DNA from: Enoplolaimus lenunculus
Lineage: Eukaryota
Assembly: GCA_030248215.1 (NCBI GenBank)
Contig: JASANG010000295.1
Coordinates: 124,001 to 188,000, forward strand
DNA length: 64,000 nucleotides
Direction of reading: 5' to 3'
Every line of letters begins with the position of its first letter. The first letter of the stretch is position 1. The position numbers and the translations under genes are program-made. The notes under the pieces are model-generated. The model saw only the letters and a list, made by a program, of their open reading frames with translations, was not told the origin of the DNA and made no database searches. Below, one piece after another: positions 13,578-25,700 of the stretch.

Positions 13578-14494
13578 GATATCCTAATTTCCTCTCGTGG
13601 TATATGTGCTCGAGTATGTATGTATATGTCTTAACATTACACAGTCTGCACATACACAAGTCGCGTATATCCACAGGGGGCAACAAAATCTACAAAACCT
13701 CATTGCCGATGCTATGCTAGCCATCTTTTAAATCCGTTAGATGTTCTGGGCACTTCTACACCGTCTACCACTCAAAACGTTAAGCCCGAAAATAAGCTTA
13801 AGCCTACTAGAAAGCCTTAGTTATGAGACAATGAAAGTTTTGGTTTTCCACTCGTTATAGTTTAATGACTAATGAATGTTGCTTTTTAGCGCCAACAGTG
13901 CTAAAACATTAATCCTAAGCCTGAGCCTGCGTGCAAACGTAAGCTAAAAACTATTAAGCCTAGCAGTTTTGGTTTTTAAAACAGTCACTATAGTGGTTTA
14001 GTACCTAAATCACGGCTCTCCCTCTGAAATTTTTTGCATGTATAGCATACCGTAAAAATTGCCTTTCATAACTTTGGCCAGTCAGCCTTCTGTCAAAAAT
14101 TTCTGGATCCGCCGTTGTGTGCAATATGACAACACTAAAACTTGCGTTTACAATATATAACATGGAATTACAAAAATTGGTAAAACTTGTGTGAATCAAA
14201 CTTAAGCAGCTTATCGTGAGAAATTTAGAACAATTTATCATGCTTCTAGGCAGAACAATGTTGTGAAGGTTAGATTATAAACTGTTTATGTCTTGCCGGC
14301 GATGATTGATTTCATATTGTGTATATATGCTTTATTGTTTTTAGTACTTAATCAGTTACCTTTAGGAAATATTCAGAATTGCACACACAGTCAATACTGC
14401 ACATTTATATACACATTCGTTTAAATATACACTACGGCTGCAAAAGTCAGAATGCATATGAACGCCGGAATAACAGGGCCGTAATAGCACTGTA

Positions 14495-14701
14495 CACTTC
14501 AAAAACGGTTAGTCAAATTGGCTTTCTCTGAAATAGGCTCTACGGGAGTACACAAAATGAGTCAAATTGGACTCCACCAGAGTCAAATTTGACTCACTTC
14601 GTCGCGCGTTTGATTCTAGCGGAGTCGAATTTGAATCAATTTGTGTAGCCCATAGAGCCTATTTCGGAGAGAGTCAATTTGACTTACCATTTTTTGCAGT
14701 G
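14495..14701. mobile_element. ~207-bp near-palindromic foldback MITE with CACT...AGTG ends and TA flanks, nested in a TTAGGC-core MITE (~14465-14856)
   Basis: CACTTCAAAAACGGTTAGTCAAATT..TCTCTGAAATAGGCTCTA is mirrored by TAGAGCCTATTTCGGAGAGAGTCAATTTGACTTACCATTTTTTGCAGTG; host MITE halves lie on both sides. Confidence 0.75.
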
Positions 14702-15468
14702 TACGCATACTCCTATCCTACGCTTAATCCTGAGTCTAGGCGTAAGAATGACCTTGTACCTGAGCCTAAAAGCCAAAAAATAGCCTAAACCTAAACCTTA
14801 CTCTATTGCAGTCTCACAACAAACCAAAGTAGGCCCTGATCATTACATGCGCCCGCCATATGAGGCGTAAATAGGTAAGTCGTACGAGTGTACGAAAAAT
14901 GCGAGCAAATCCTGTGTATTTAGTGTTACTCTGCGCTTGTGCCAAAAAATTCAAAAGTATATTTGCTGACAATAGTTTTGTTTTGGTGGAATGAGAAATA
15001 AGAAATTTATATAAATTTTTTGTTAGTCATTTGTTTTTAGCAATAGCCTGGCTGAACTGCCTGATTCAACAATATAACATGTGTTGTTTTTACAGATTTT
15101 TTCCGATTTTCAATTTTCGATTAAACCACCATCTGTAAGTTTGATATAAAGATCAGAAGAAACTTACTGGTTCAATTTTAAAAGTGTCTGTATACGACAA
15201 TACTCTAAGTCAACGGCTTTATTATGCGCTCAGCGTTTGTTGCGAAAAACCACACCTTAGTGCATATCTATGTTTTAAAGTCACATTATTTAAATTTTTA
15301 TTTCATCAGCGCAACATTTTGCAGCTATTTTCTTAGAAAACACATTGTGATCTTTAGACGAACAGTTTCCGACGCAAACGTTTGAAATTAAGCCGCCGTT
15401 AAAGACAAAATGCATTTAGTATATAACCTGACCTGGCTTGAGCTACACATCAAATCACGTTTCACACA

Positions 15469-18400
15469 TCACCTCCTATTTTTTGGCTTGAAAAAGTTAA
15501 CTGCCCTCTGCCAAATAGCACGGGGCGTACGACTATCTGTTTTTAACCGTTCCTTCGTATCCGCTCCACGAACTACAGCATATTCGTTTAACGTCGCAAA
15601 AGCATAGTCTGTGCTTGGTTGTTTGGAATTGTTTGCTTGTCGGAACCCCTCAGATTTCTTCCAGCCAGAAAACTGTGGCTTAGTTACTCCGCGACTGGCC
15701 TCAGTGGTTTGTTGATGCCATCCTAACCGGGCCATAAGACCTGGTTTTGCTGCAATTTGTTCGCCGATGTCGGTAATCGGATCTGAATGCTCATCTGTGA
15801 CTTCTAGTTTTCGCCGAGGGCCTATGTTAGCCTGCGATCTGCTTTTACCTATTGTTAAAACGTCTTTAGGTTGCCTGTCACCGTGGATGAAGTATGAACT
15901 AGAAGAAAACGAAACTCTAACGTTATAAAATCTCAAACGTTTATGAAAAATCAAAATTTTAATGTTTTATAATTAATGGTCAGGTTTGTTTTGAGACATT
16001 TTAGAAGTTTTATTGGTTACAAAAGTGTAGACAAACTTTAGACAATTTTCCCAATCACAGCTGAAATGTAGGAGAGAAATAGTTTTGTTCGTTTTCTGCA
16101 CTTGCATGTTATGTTCAAAATACCGTTCGAAAAACTTGCAGCTGCAAATAATTCATTAAAACTCATAGCTATTAATTTAGTTCAGATGTGTGAATAACCA
16201 TGCAAGTTCAGTGACTTTATTGCAGCCGTTTTCAACGTCTGAATGAGGAATTACGTAAACAATGTTTTTAAAACGTTAAAACCTCCAAAGCATAAAAGCG
16301 GTGTAGTAGAGTCGTGCTTTTCATTTAGGGAGTTGACGCCTCCTTGAAACTCTTCAAATTGCATGGGACTCTTAAAGCTGAATAGGGGTCATTGCTAAAC
16401 CAAGCCCCTGCACTAACCGCTTTTCATAATTGAGTGCAACTTTTAAAAAATTGGAAGTTTTAGCTGTTCTAATAATGAATTGTTCAATGCCGGGGCATTT
16501 GGGCGCAATAGCCACATCCTGCTTAGGGTCTTCAGTGACAAACTTAAATAAAAATAAAGCTTTGCTTACATTAATATCCATTTCAACCAGTATTAACCAA
16601 TGGTTGCAAATATTTTCGGAATTTTCAGGTAACATAGAAGGACTACCATAATATTTAAGCTTTCATTTACTCATTTAGGTTTTCTGTTAATAGGCTCAAG
16701 CTTTAACTTTTAAAGCTGACTTTGGCTTTGGCTTAAGCTTATGCTTGTGGGGAACCGTACAAAAGCCGCTTATAGCGTATTCAACAAAGAGATAGCGTGA
16801 TATATGTTATGATAGTTATGATAACACTAGACCAGCCCTAATTCAGTTAACGAAGAAAAACATTAATCGTCAAGAAACCCTGCTCTCAGCTGTCATGAGC
16901 TGCCTAAATTATACACACTTCACAATCCTCCTATACATGTTAACAAGCAGCCCTGAAAGGGTCAGAGAGACGGGGTACGCATGTTCTGTATGAACAATTG
17001 TAGAAAACTCAATATTAAACAGCATGGGGTGCACAATTATACGTAAATTACTCGATACTGTTGTTCCGCAAGATTTAAGAGCCCTGCATGAAAATTGTAT
17101 CCTTATAACAGACGAATAATCGAATAATTTTGTTCGTTTGATCGCGCAACCCTAAAGACCTGAGAAGCAGAGTGCAATTGGAGCTGAAAAATTTCGGCGC
17201 TGGAGGTATACAAAAGTTGCCTGGGACGTGGAAAAAGTCGTAGCCGTAGGTGAATCCTTACGTGAAACAAAACTAGATAGTGAAAATAATGTCTAGTTTT
17301 CTAATTTTAATAAATATCGGCCAAGATTTGCCAAAAATCTGATGTTAGGATAGTTTTTTAAGCAATTGCGTCAATTTTTTCATAAAATTATACCATTACT
17401 TGCAGCCAAACGCTCCGAACGACAAAAGTTTTGTAAACCTATGAAAAATTTCACTGCCGAAATTGCGGAACCTCTGATATAAATTCTTTCGGAACCCGAG
17501 GTCAATGATCTGCAAGAGCTGAGGGCAGAGGTAGGGCTACAATTGGTGGATCAATAGGTGCTAAAAGCGTGCAATTTGCCACCACTCTTCAAATATAGCG
17601 TGTTGTTGCTTGCTTAACGTAGCGCGATATTCAGTATGACGTTTTGCGTACACCGTTAGAAACAAACCGTTTCGTTGTTCACATGAACTTTGTAAAAATG
17701 TATCTCTTCCAAAATTGTCATTGCACTTTAAGCATGGACATGGTACTGTGACACCATTTCAAATATCAAATCCGCCTCCACCAAGCATCCCATTCGTAAA
17801 CCAACCTGTTAGCCCGCTGCTCCAAAATGTAATACCTGCAGCTATCTAATAATTTAAGTCTGATACAGTACAAGCATATATATGCACCGTACACGAACCG
17901 AACATACATAATAACTATTGCTTGTGTTGTGAATATTATTGCACATGCAACCAAGTTGGGATAAACATGCCAATTAGACCTCAATTGCAAAATCTGTACC
18001 CAAGAATTATCTCATTTTAATAGAGACCGCCTTCAGGCCGTCTCAAAAAGGTGTATATATGTTGATATAAAGATATGGGTTACGGACAATTTACAAGCGG
18101 GCCACAAATTTGTTAGGAGGTCTTTGCGTAGTTTTAAATACTGGTTCTATGAGCTTTATGTTTGAACGGAAAAAATTGTTCAGGAAGCATGTATGTTTGC
18201 GAATAACCATACAAGCGCGGTTAGAAACCCTTCTAGACCGACCTCGCTTACGTAAACACAGCTTCAGACGTAACAAACCATCCTGCATATTGTGGTTGGT
18301 GCCAGATTTTGATCGGATCAAACGTTTGAGCGTCGTTGCCTTCTGGAACATAACAACATTGCAACAAAAACCGATACGTCGCCTCTTTTGATACGTCAAA

Positions 18401-19183
18401 ATCTATCGTCGAAGCGTCGGCGACAATCGTGAATTCGAGACCTTTTTCGTCAGAAGATAACACTCCAATGTTAGGTTTTACCTGAAATTTTGCGACAGTT
18501 TCGATTGATCAACATAGCTGTTTCACACTTTTTCGTTCATTTTCAAAGTTTCAACGCTTAGTCATCGGGTTAGATAATGGTCGGTAAAGGGCCTTTGCCA
18601 CGTTTTCAAACCTGCAGTTGTATTAAAATAAGTAATTTTCACTGGAAGCGACTGCCATACGGGATTTGGCCAATGTTACTTTTAGGGGCGTAACATTAGA
18701 TTAAAGCGTATTCCTAAGCTTAAGCCTAAGCCTAAGCGTTCCAAAAATGTGTTCCTAAGCCTAAGCCTAAGCCTAAGCCTGAGCAAAAAAATGTAATCTA
18801 GAATCTAAACCTACTCTTTTATGGACCCACCAGAAAGCTGGACGCCCCTTAAAGTAACATGGTTTGTAAAATCGAAACAAGATTAAAAGAATGGCGTACA
18901 TAATGTTAAATTTAATTCTTGTACGTTTCGGCCCTTTCGTTTTCAAAATATTCAGATCCAGGCATTATTTAGGTTCATACTTTTAGGTTTAAGCTTGTGG
19001 AACAAAAGTGCACATATGCCTTTTAAGCTTTACTTTAAATATTCGAGGATGAGTGGCTTTGATTCGGAAACAAACGTCTTTAATCGATGGATTTTCGATT
19101 CGAACTTCCGCTTTCCATGTGTTCTTTGACTTTTTGAAAACTACAAATCTTGGCGATGGCAAAATTGTTAATATTTCGGTCAT
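15469..19183 (-). CDS. MSP (major sperm protein)-domain protein, ~269 aa, with basic low-complexity C-terminus and no TM anchor
   Basis: Exons 19183-19034 (MTEILTILPSPRFVVF..RIENPSIKDVCFRIKATHPRIFK), 18481-18252 (VKPNIGVL..RFLLQ) and 15898-15469 total 810 nt with matching phases. The N-P..VCFRIK.T.P..F.VKPN.G motif is typical of MSP/VAP domains. TTTCAG at 19239-19234 is a possible trans-splice site. Confidence 0.8.
17180..17345 (+). pseudogene. Degraded mariner transposase C-terminus with 3' end remnant
   Basis: With small frameshifts it reads EKFRR-GIQKLPGTWK-VVAVGES-YVK, resembling the mariner C-terminal FYRRGI.KLP.RW.K.V...G.Y consensus (recalled, not aligned). Followed by an AT-rich stretch and a possible TIR remnant. 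Confidence 0.55.
18670..18862. mobile_element. MITE with (GCCTAA)n core, TIR type 2
   Basis: CCAATGTTACTTTTAGGGGCGT ... ACGCCCCTTAAAGTAACATGG inverted termini; perfect AAGCCT runs inside. Confidence 0.75.
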
Positions 19184-22062
19184 ATTTATATTATTATATA
19201 CCGCCGAATAATGTAGCGATCAACTAATTGGTGCTGAAATGTTTGTGATTATTTTCAAAGTTTATTCATCACAAGGCGAAACTTCTCGGAGGTGAAGCAA
19301 AACAAAATGTCTTGCTTAAAATGATGTTAAAATCATTGCATTGAACAGAGCAGCACATAATGTGGTCAACCTTTGATTTTAAAGTTCTTTTTGGATAAAT
19401 CGTTGGCATTAATACACAATCAGAATTATTAAAAACCAACACAACCTTCACAGAAAATTTTTTACACCGAAATAGCGGGAACCTGTGACGAAAATTTTGA
19501 CAGAGCCGAATTCCAGTGGCGGTGATTGGATTGATTTTCTGCCGGAGCCGGAGCAAAGGCAAATAATTTAAGTGTTACTCTCATTTTAGATATCTCTTAA
19601 ATATTTTTCGTCTGTGTGTAAATTGAATGACGATTATACAAGCCAACAATGGTAAATGCAACTTGATGTAAAGTAGCATTAAGGGAAACGCTGCTTGCAG
19701 TGTGATCGACCATTGTATAGGAAATTCAACTGAGACAGTAAGCGAAAATTTATTGTATTTCAAATTTCAAATTCGTTTTGTAGAAAATTCATAGCGCCTA
19801 AAATCAAGTTGATACTAGCATCAATTTACTATCATAAGTTTTATGTGGTTTACCAACACTAATTGAACTTTTATCATGTAGTTCAATAAAACATGGAGAC
19901 CCTGAAATGATCACATTGGCATGCTACTTATTGCTCCTTGATTATTCTTTTATTGTTCAATTGTTCCTATTATAAATAAATGTTTTTAGCTCCCGCCGTG
20001 AAAAAGTTTCCATCTCACAATATTTCACGTTCGTTCAAACAAAATGTAGGAAACCCCTGTGATTTGAAAGAATACTAAGTAGAATAGGGGCTGTCGCCTC
20101 TCAAGCCCTTCCGCACTACGATGTTCACTTACCTAAGCGCCTAAAGAGTTACAAACTACTTACTTGTGTAATTTTAGCTATTTCAATAATAAAATACTTA
20201 GTGCCCCAACGGCGCATGGAAGAGGCAGCTTCCATCCTGCTTAGTATCTTTGCTAATTGCAGGGGATCAGGAGGCAGCAACCCCGTTGAGAAACAAAACA
20301 AAATTTACGCAAAAATTTTTGCACTAGAATCTAATATTTAAAACAGGAAAACAAAATATTTTTATGTTACTAGTAAAACAGTCCCTCCGCATTTGCGTAA
20401 TGCGGAAGGTAACTGAACCCCTGCAATTTCAAAGGACCCTAAGCTGGATGGTAGACTCTCGCCTATCAACCCCCCCACTAAGCAATTTCTTAATATAAGA
20501 ACAGTTAAGGTTTTAATGAAATATATACGTTTGTGAGTCTTGGCACTCTAGTATGCGAACCGCTTAGTGCGGGGGCTTGGGTGGGCGGTGTATTCTCTAT
20601 CCTGCTTAGGGTGCCTTGAAATTGCGTAGTGTTCAGGAAGGTACAGCCGTCCTGTGTGACCATACTACACTACGCCATCAATGTGGGGGAATTTATCGAT
20701 TTAAACTAGTGTGTGGGGGGAACTAACCAACTTATATAGTGAACCAAATAAAGACGTGGAGACTGATATTCTCTTTGGCCTCTCCGGGGATACGCCCCTC
20801 GATATTTTGTTCAGAAAGCTTTTATGCGATCTCATTAGTTTGATTTTGGATTCTATCCATTTTAGGATTCTAGTTAAAAACATAGGCTCCTGTTATATCA
20901 AACGCGAAATAGGGACCCCCGGTACTTATTACCATCCCCTCTTCATATTAGCGTCTCTACAGCACCGAACTTCTTTGTTGAGGTTGGGATTTAAAACTAC
21001 TGGGAATCTAAGACAAAATGTGTTTACCATTACCACTCCATCAATAAGTTTTACCTCGAGCCCGACGTGTACTTTAATGTTTGTTAAGATTTATTCTGGG
21101 CATACGCGTATTATTGTTAAAATCACTGCACAAGGAGTATTATTTTTGACAGCTAGAAGAGTATTGCTGCTTACAGTAAACTCCAAAGCTTCTGATTTCA
21201 GTTTTTGAGCAATGACTAAAATAATTTACATTGAAGGAAGATTATAGAGTTTTTACAGACAAAACCAACACTCTACTAACACTTTCCACCTAACTTGTTT
21301 TGGGTCTAGCTTATTTACGAAAAGCAGCCCTACTACTAGCGGATCAAGAGGCACCCGTCTAAAAAATTTTTGTGATAAAATGGTAAGGTGCCGACCTTAC
21401 AATTTTTCGCCGCTATAGCATATACATAGCGGACGGAAAAAATTGGGTTTCATAACTATTGCCAGCCCTCCTCAAACCGTCAGAAATTTCTGGATCCGCC
21501 GTTGAGCCCTGCACGCCATGGGTGGCGCTATAATTGTCGTGGAATTACGTCTGGCGCCAAAATTCTTTGTATAAAAATTGATATGTTTGTGCCATGCATC
21601 AATATATATGCGTTGCGGTATGGTCCCGGTTGGTGATGGCAGTGCCGGAGCAGACGGGGTTGCTCCCCCCTCAAACTCCAGGGTGATGGCCCCAAGCGTA
21701 GAAGTAGATACAAAATTTCTCGGTGTTTGATCGGGTTAGTTCGAGCTCACGATTGTGTTGTTTGATAGCTGTGATAACACACTTCCAGAAATAGGTTCAC
21801 GCAACAGTTGCAAAGAAAGTGAAGCCATCATAACAAAAATGAATCAGACTCCGCGAGCAGCGCGAAATTTTTTTGACATTTTCTTTAAAATTAACCAAAC
21901 AGCTCATATTTTAGGTAAAACATTTTTAATCTTCATATGCTTCAACCAGGGAATACAGTGCACGGCACACCTCACTCAAACTTTCTTTATTACCGTTCCT
22001 GACTTTTCCGTTTCATGATCAGTGTATTATCTTAAAGATACAAAGTAAGAATTTTTTACTAA

Positions 22063-22378
22063 CCCTTTCTCACATGAATATTTTCAATTTGATATGAGAT
22101 GGAATTTCAAGGTAAGATTCGATCCACAGTCTCGCGGGTGGGAGGCGTTTACGATGACCATTTAGCTATAGGAGCTTGACGCTCGAGCCCGAGTAGGCTC
22201 TCACGTCTTGTGGAGATTTTGCACTGCGCATATACGTTAGAAATTTTAAACACTGCTCTCAGTGAGTGTATTGCTCGTACATTATTGTATCTAGTTGCTC
22301 ATAGTATGGTCTCAGTGAGTGTATTGCTCGTACATTATTGTATTTAGTTGCTCATAGTATGCTCTATGAGTGAAAGGG
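22063..22378 (-). mobile_element. piggyBac-like tRNA-module MITE with an internal ~53-bp tandem duplication
   Basis: (C)TAA-CCCTTTCTCAC ... GAGTGAAAGGG-TTAA; contains AGCTATAGGAGCTTGACGCTCGAGCCC; CTCAGTGAGTGTATTGCTCGTACATTATTGTAT.TAGTTGCTCATAGTATG occurs twice. Confidence 0.85.
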
Positions 22379-22713
22379 TTAAGTAAAATTGTAAACAAGC
22401 GAACGTAGCGAGCGAGAAAACTTGTTAGCATTTTTAGCAACCATGCGATCATTTTAAAGTCTGTGTAGTGTCTAAAACCATTTAATTAATGACAGACGGT
22501 TTTTCTAAAATGTTAAAGAACATTAGCGATTGCAAACGAAAGTTTCATCATTTAGTCTGTGATCAAAAATTAATTGATTTTATTAGTGATCTGCAATAAA
22601 CACAAAATTTTCGGTATTTCTGAACGGAAACGAATACTGATTTTTCACGAAAACGGTATTTGATATTCGGTTTACACCCAGGGACAAATAGGTGTTCAGG
22701 ACAAAATGTACAT

Positions 22714-25700
22714 TCACACACAATATACGAACAATCCGACAACGTATACAATTATAAAAATCAAAAACGCAATACAATTCAATACAGCGAACAATTGCGT
22801 CCATTGATTTTTGCCGCTCGATTCCGAGTCTTTGCTATTGAGATCGCGTTCATTATCGACATCAGCACAAAATAGCAATTTTGCTAACCGATCCGTACAT
22901 AGTGTGACAGAATGCGGCGGTGGAATGAGAAATTGCTAAAATGATACAATTTTTTTTCTAAAAAATCGACACATGGTCATATTCAAGAGGATACGGGAAT
23001 ATCTGATTTCGAAATTTTTCGAAACACAAAAAATAACTCACCTTTAACAGTTTAACATTTTCTTGCTAACTATGCTTGCTGAAAAATATTTTACACGTAA
23101 CGTTATACCAACCCGAAATAGAATTATGTCTAGCCTCTTAAAACCGCAGATGGATTTGTTGTTTCCGTAAAAAAACTGGTTTCGGTAAGCTAAAACATAC
23201 AAAGTCTTCCGTAATGTTAGGCATAAGAATCGCTTTTGAGGTGACGTTTTTTTGGACCTGGGATCCGCAACACAATTTGAAATTCGTATTACATATTCAA
23301 CTATAAATTGAAATGTCTATTTTTGTAAATTTGTTTGAGAGATGACAGTAAGAACATGTATATTCCGTAATAACCCGCTGTAACGAAATATGTTGGCTTT
23401 TGTACGCAAATCTATATATTAAAGCTAGAACGTGGAACAATCGTAATCTGGGTATACTAATATACAAAACATGCATATCAGCATTTTCAAAGAAACAAGT
23501 TAGTGTTACAAACATTGCAACCATTTTGACTCGGAGATGGAATTCCGGCGGCCTGTGGCTCCTCGATCGCGTTTCAACACGTCGGATTATTTTCTAGCCC
23601 CATAGTGCTCTACAAATAACGATGCTAATCCTGCCCCCCCCCCGAAAATGTCAGTATATAAAAGAAAAATAATGGTATTTTAGCAATTTTTGTGCTGATT
23701 TTTCATATATTTTTTATGGAAATAAGCAGTATTGTCACGTTATATATACTTATCCTGCACAATTTTAAACTAAATTCAGCAACGGTGGACGGAAAAATAA
23801 GATGAATGGTAAAAAATTTGGAATATTCAGTCTGGCAGAAATTTCTTTTAGTTTCAATAATTAAAATATTTTTTGAAAATTTACTAAAATTTTATAATAT
23901 TTGTTTCAAAATATTTCTTACCTTTCGATTGAGGCCCCATAGAACAAGAGAAACAATTAAGCTGACCATTGTTACAATCATTGTATATTTGTAGAATTCC
24001 ACTAAAATGAAAACAATACCAGTCTAAAACTTTCGGCATTTGTACACTTTTCCAGTATTTAAGATTTAAGTCTTTACGCCCAGGCTTAGGTTCAAGCTTA
24101 GGCAAAAGTTTAAGCTTTGGCTTAGGTATAGGTAAACCTTTTTCAAAATCACTAACCGTAAGCCTATACCCTGTTAGGAGGGACCCTGCACAAGACCCAA
24201 ATTCGACAATATTGGGTGAAATGCACTGGTGGATCCAAGGAGCACTTTTTTGATTTCGGCCACGCTTATCATTACCCTCTGCTGGACCCTGAATTAAAAT
24301 TTTGTGTTAAGATTTCGCACTAAAGTTGCGCGTGCAAATTAACAATCGCCATCTAAGGTTTATGGAAACTGCAGTAAACATTTCTTGTTACTGTATGATT
24401 TACTGGTGAATTCTGGAATTTTCGATGCACTAAATACAAGTTTTCAAATCATGAAACGGATAAGATAGTTTTTTGGTTTTTTTTATTTGATAACGTTTTG
24501 CATCTTCTAGGAAACTTAGTCGACATCTGAGTATGGCCGTCTGATAACTTACAGATCCGTGGCACTTGAACGCTCATGTGAACTTCGTATCCGGCGGATA
24601 CAAAATTGCCCAACGACAAGTACATCAGTGTCAGCGCGATCACTTTGATGATCGTTTGCCATTTATATCCGCCAAACATTGGTGCTAATGCAGCAAGAAT
24701 TGTTGCAAGAATAACCGGAACAAATACTTCAAGACCGGATGCGTTTGATTTCCGCTCGATATGAATAATGTATCCGATGTTATAGTTGGATGAATCTTTT
24801 ACTTTGTCTGACACAATTTGGGCGTCGTACATTGTCCAACCTTGTGGCGATGTAAAATGCTTCGAACGATGGACCTGAGTGAAAATCGACGTTTACGCGT
24901 TAAGCGTGATATTTAATAGCCCGTATTCGCAAATGTGTGCAGCATCAATGATCAGTTGGTGTTATTGATAAGACGACTTGTAGTTTTCGAACCAATGAAT
25001 GATGACATTAGAAATTCAGTACATTTTTACATTCGCTTTAAACTAACTTCCGTGTGAATTTTACTAGTCTGAGAAACATATGGCTACCTGGTGTTCGGTG
25101 TTAATATACGCATTGGAGAATATAGACCAGCGTTTAAAGCTTGATTTAAACACATGTCAAAGCTTACAGGATCCAGTGCATTATATTGAAGCTAGAAAGT
25201 TTCAGTATTTAAGCCAATTAAGCAGAAAACTTGGTGTACGCATGTTAACGTGGATGTTCCGTAAAAATCGCAAATGTACGACAAGAACAAACAGGCTTCT
25301 TGCCAGCTGAACAGGTTGGGGAATATGCTAAAGGTTCATAGCAATTTTGAAAGGGGTTGTTTGCACATCACTTCCAAGCGGAGGTAAAAAAACTTCTAGG
25401 GGGATATTTTAGGAGAACTGGCTGCAGGCAAAATGTACAAACAATAAACCTTACTATTCCGTTATCGATTGATATTCTAATTGCATTCGTGTCTTCACGC
25501 CATTTATCAATAAACGTTGCCAAACACACTGCTTGAGTCACCGGGTACTCGCTTAGTACAAATTCACAATTGCTTTTCCAATGCAAAAACACAGATGCAT
25601 TGATACGACCATCTGAATGAATGATTGGATGAATTAATTCTGACGGTCTGAAACAGTAAACAAATTCGTTTTAAAAATCAAATTCACAAAAGGTTGAGAT

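Noticed and set aside
13193..13720. 175-aa and 126-aa overlapping ORFs
   Set aside because: They run through a tRNA-derived repeat (WPRRELNLGP is an antisense tRNA translation) and show no protein features.
20711..21208. 165-aa ORF
   Set aside because: No recognisable motif or splice context; embedded among repeat fragments.
23297..23610. Possible extra post-M3 exon of the orphan Cys-loop gene (ALWG*KIIRR..HRPPEF)
   Set aside because: Every frame after the best acceptor (TTTGTAG) hits an early stop, and exon 22935-22714 already joins in phase and supplies M4.
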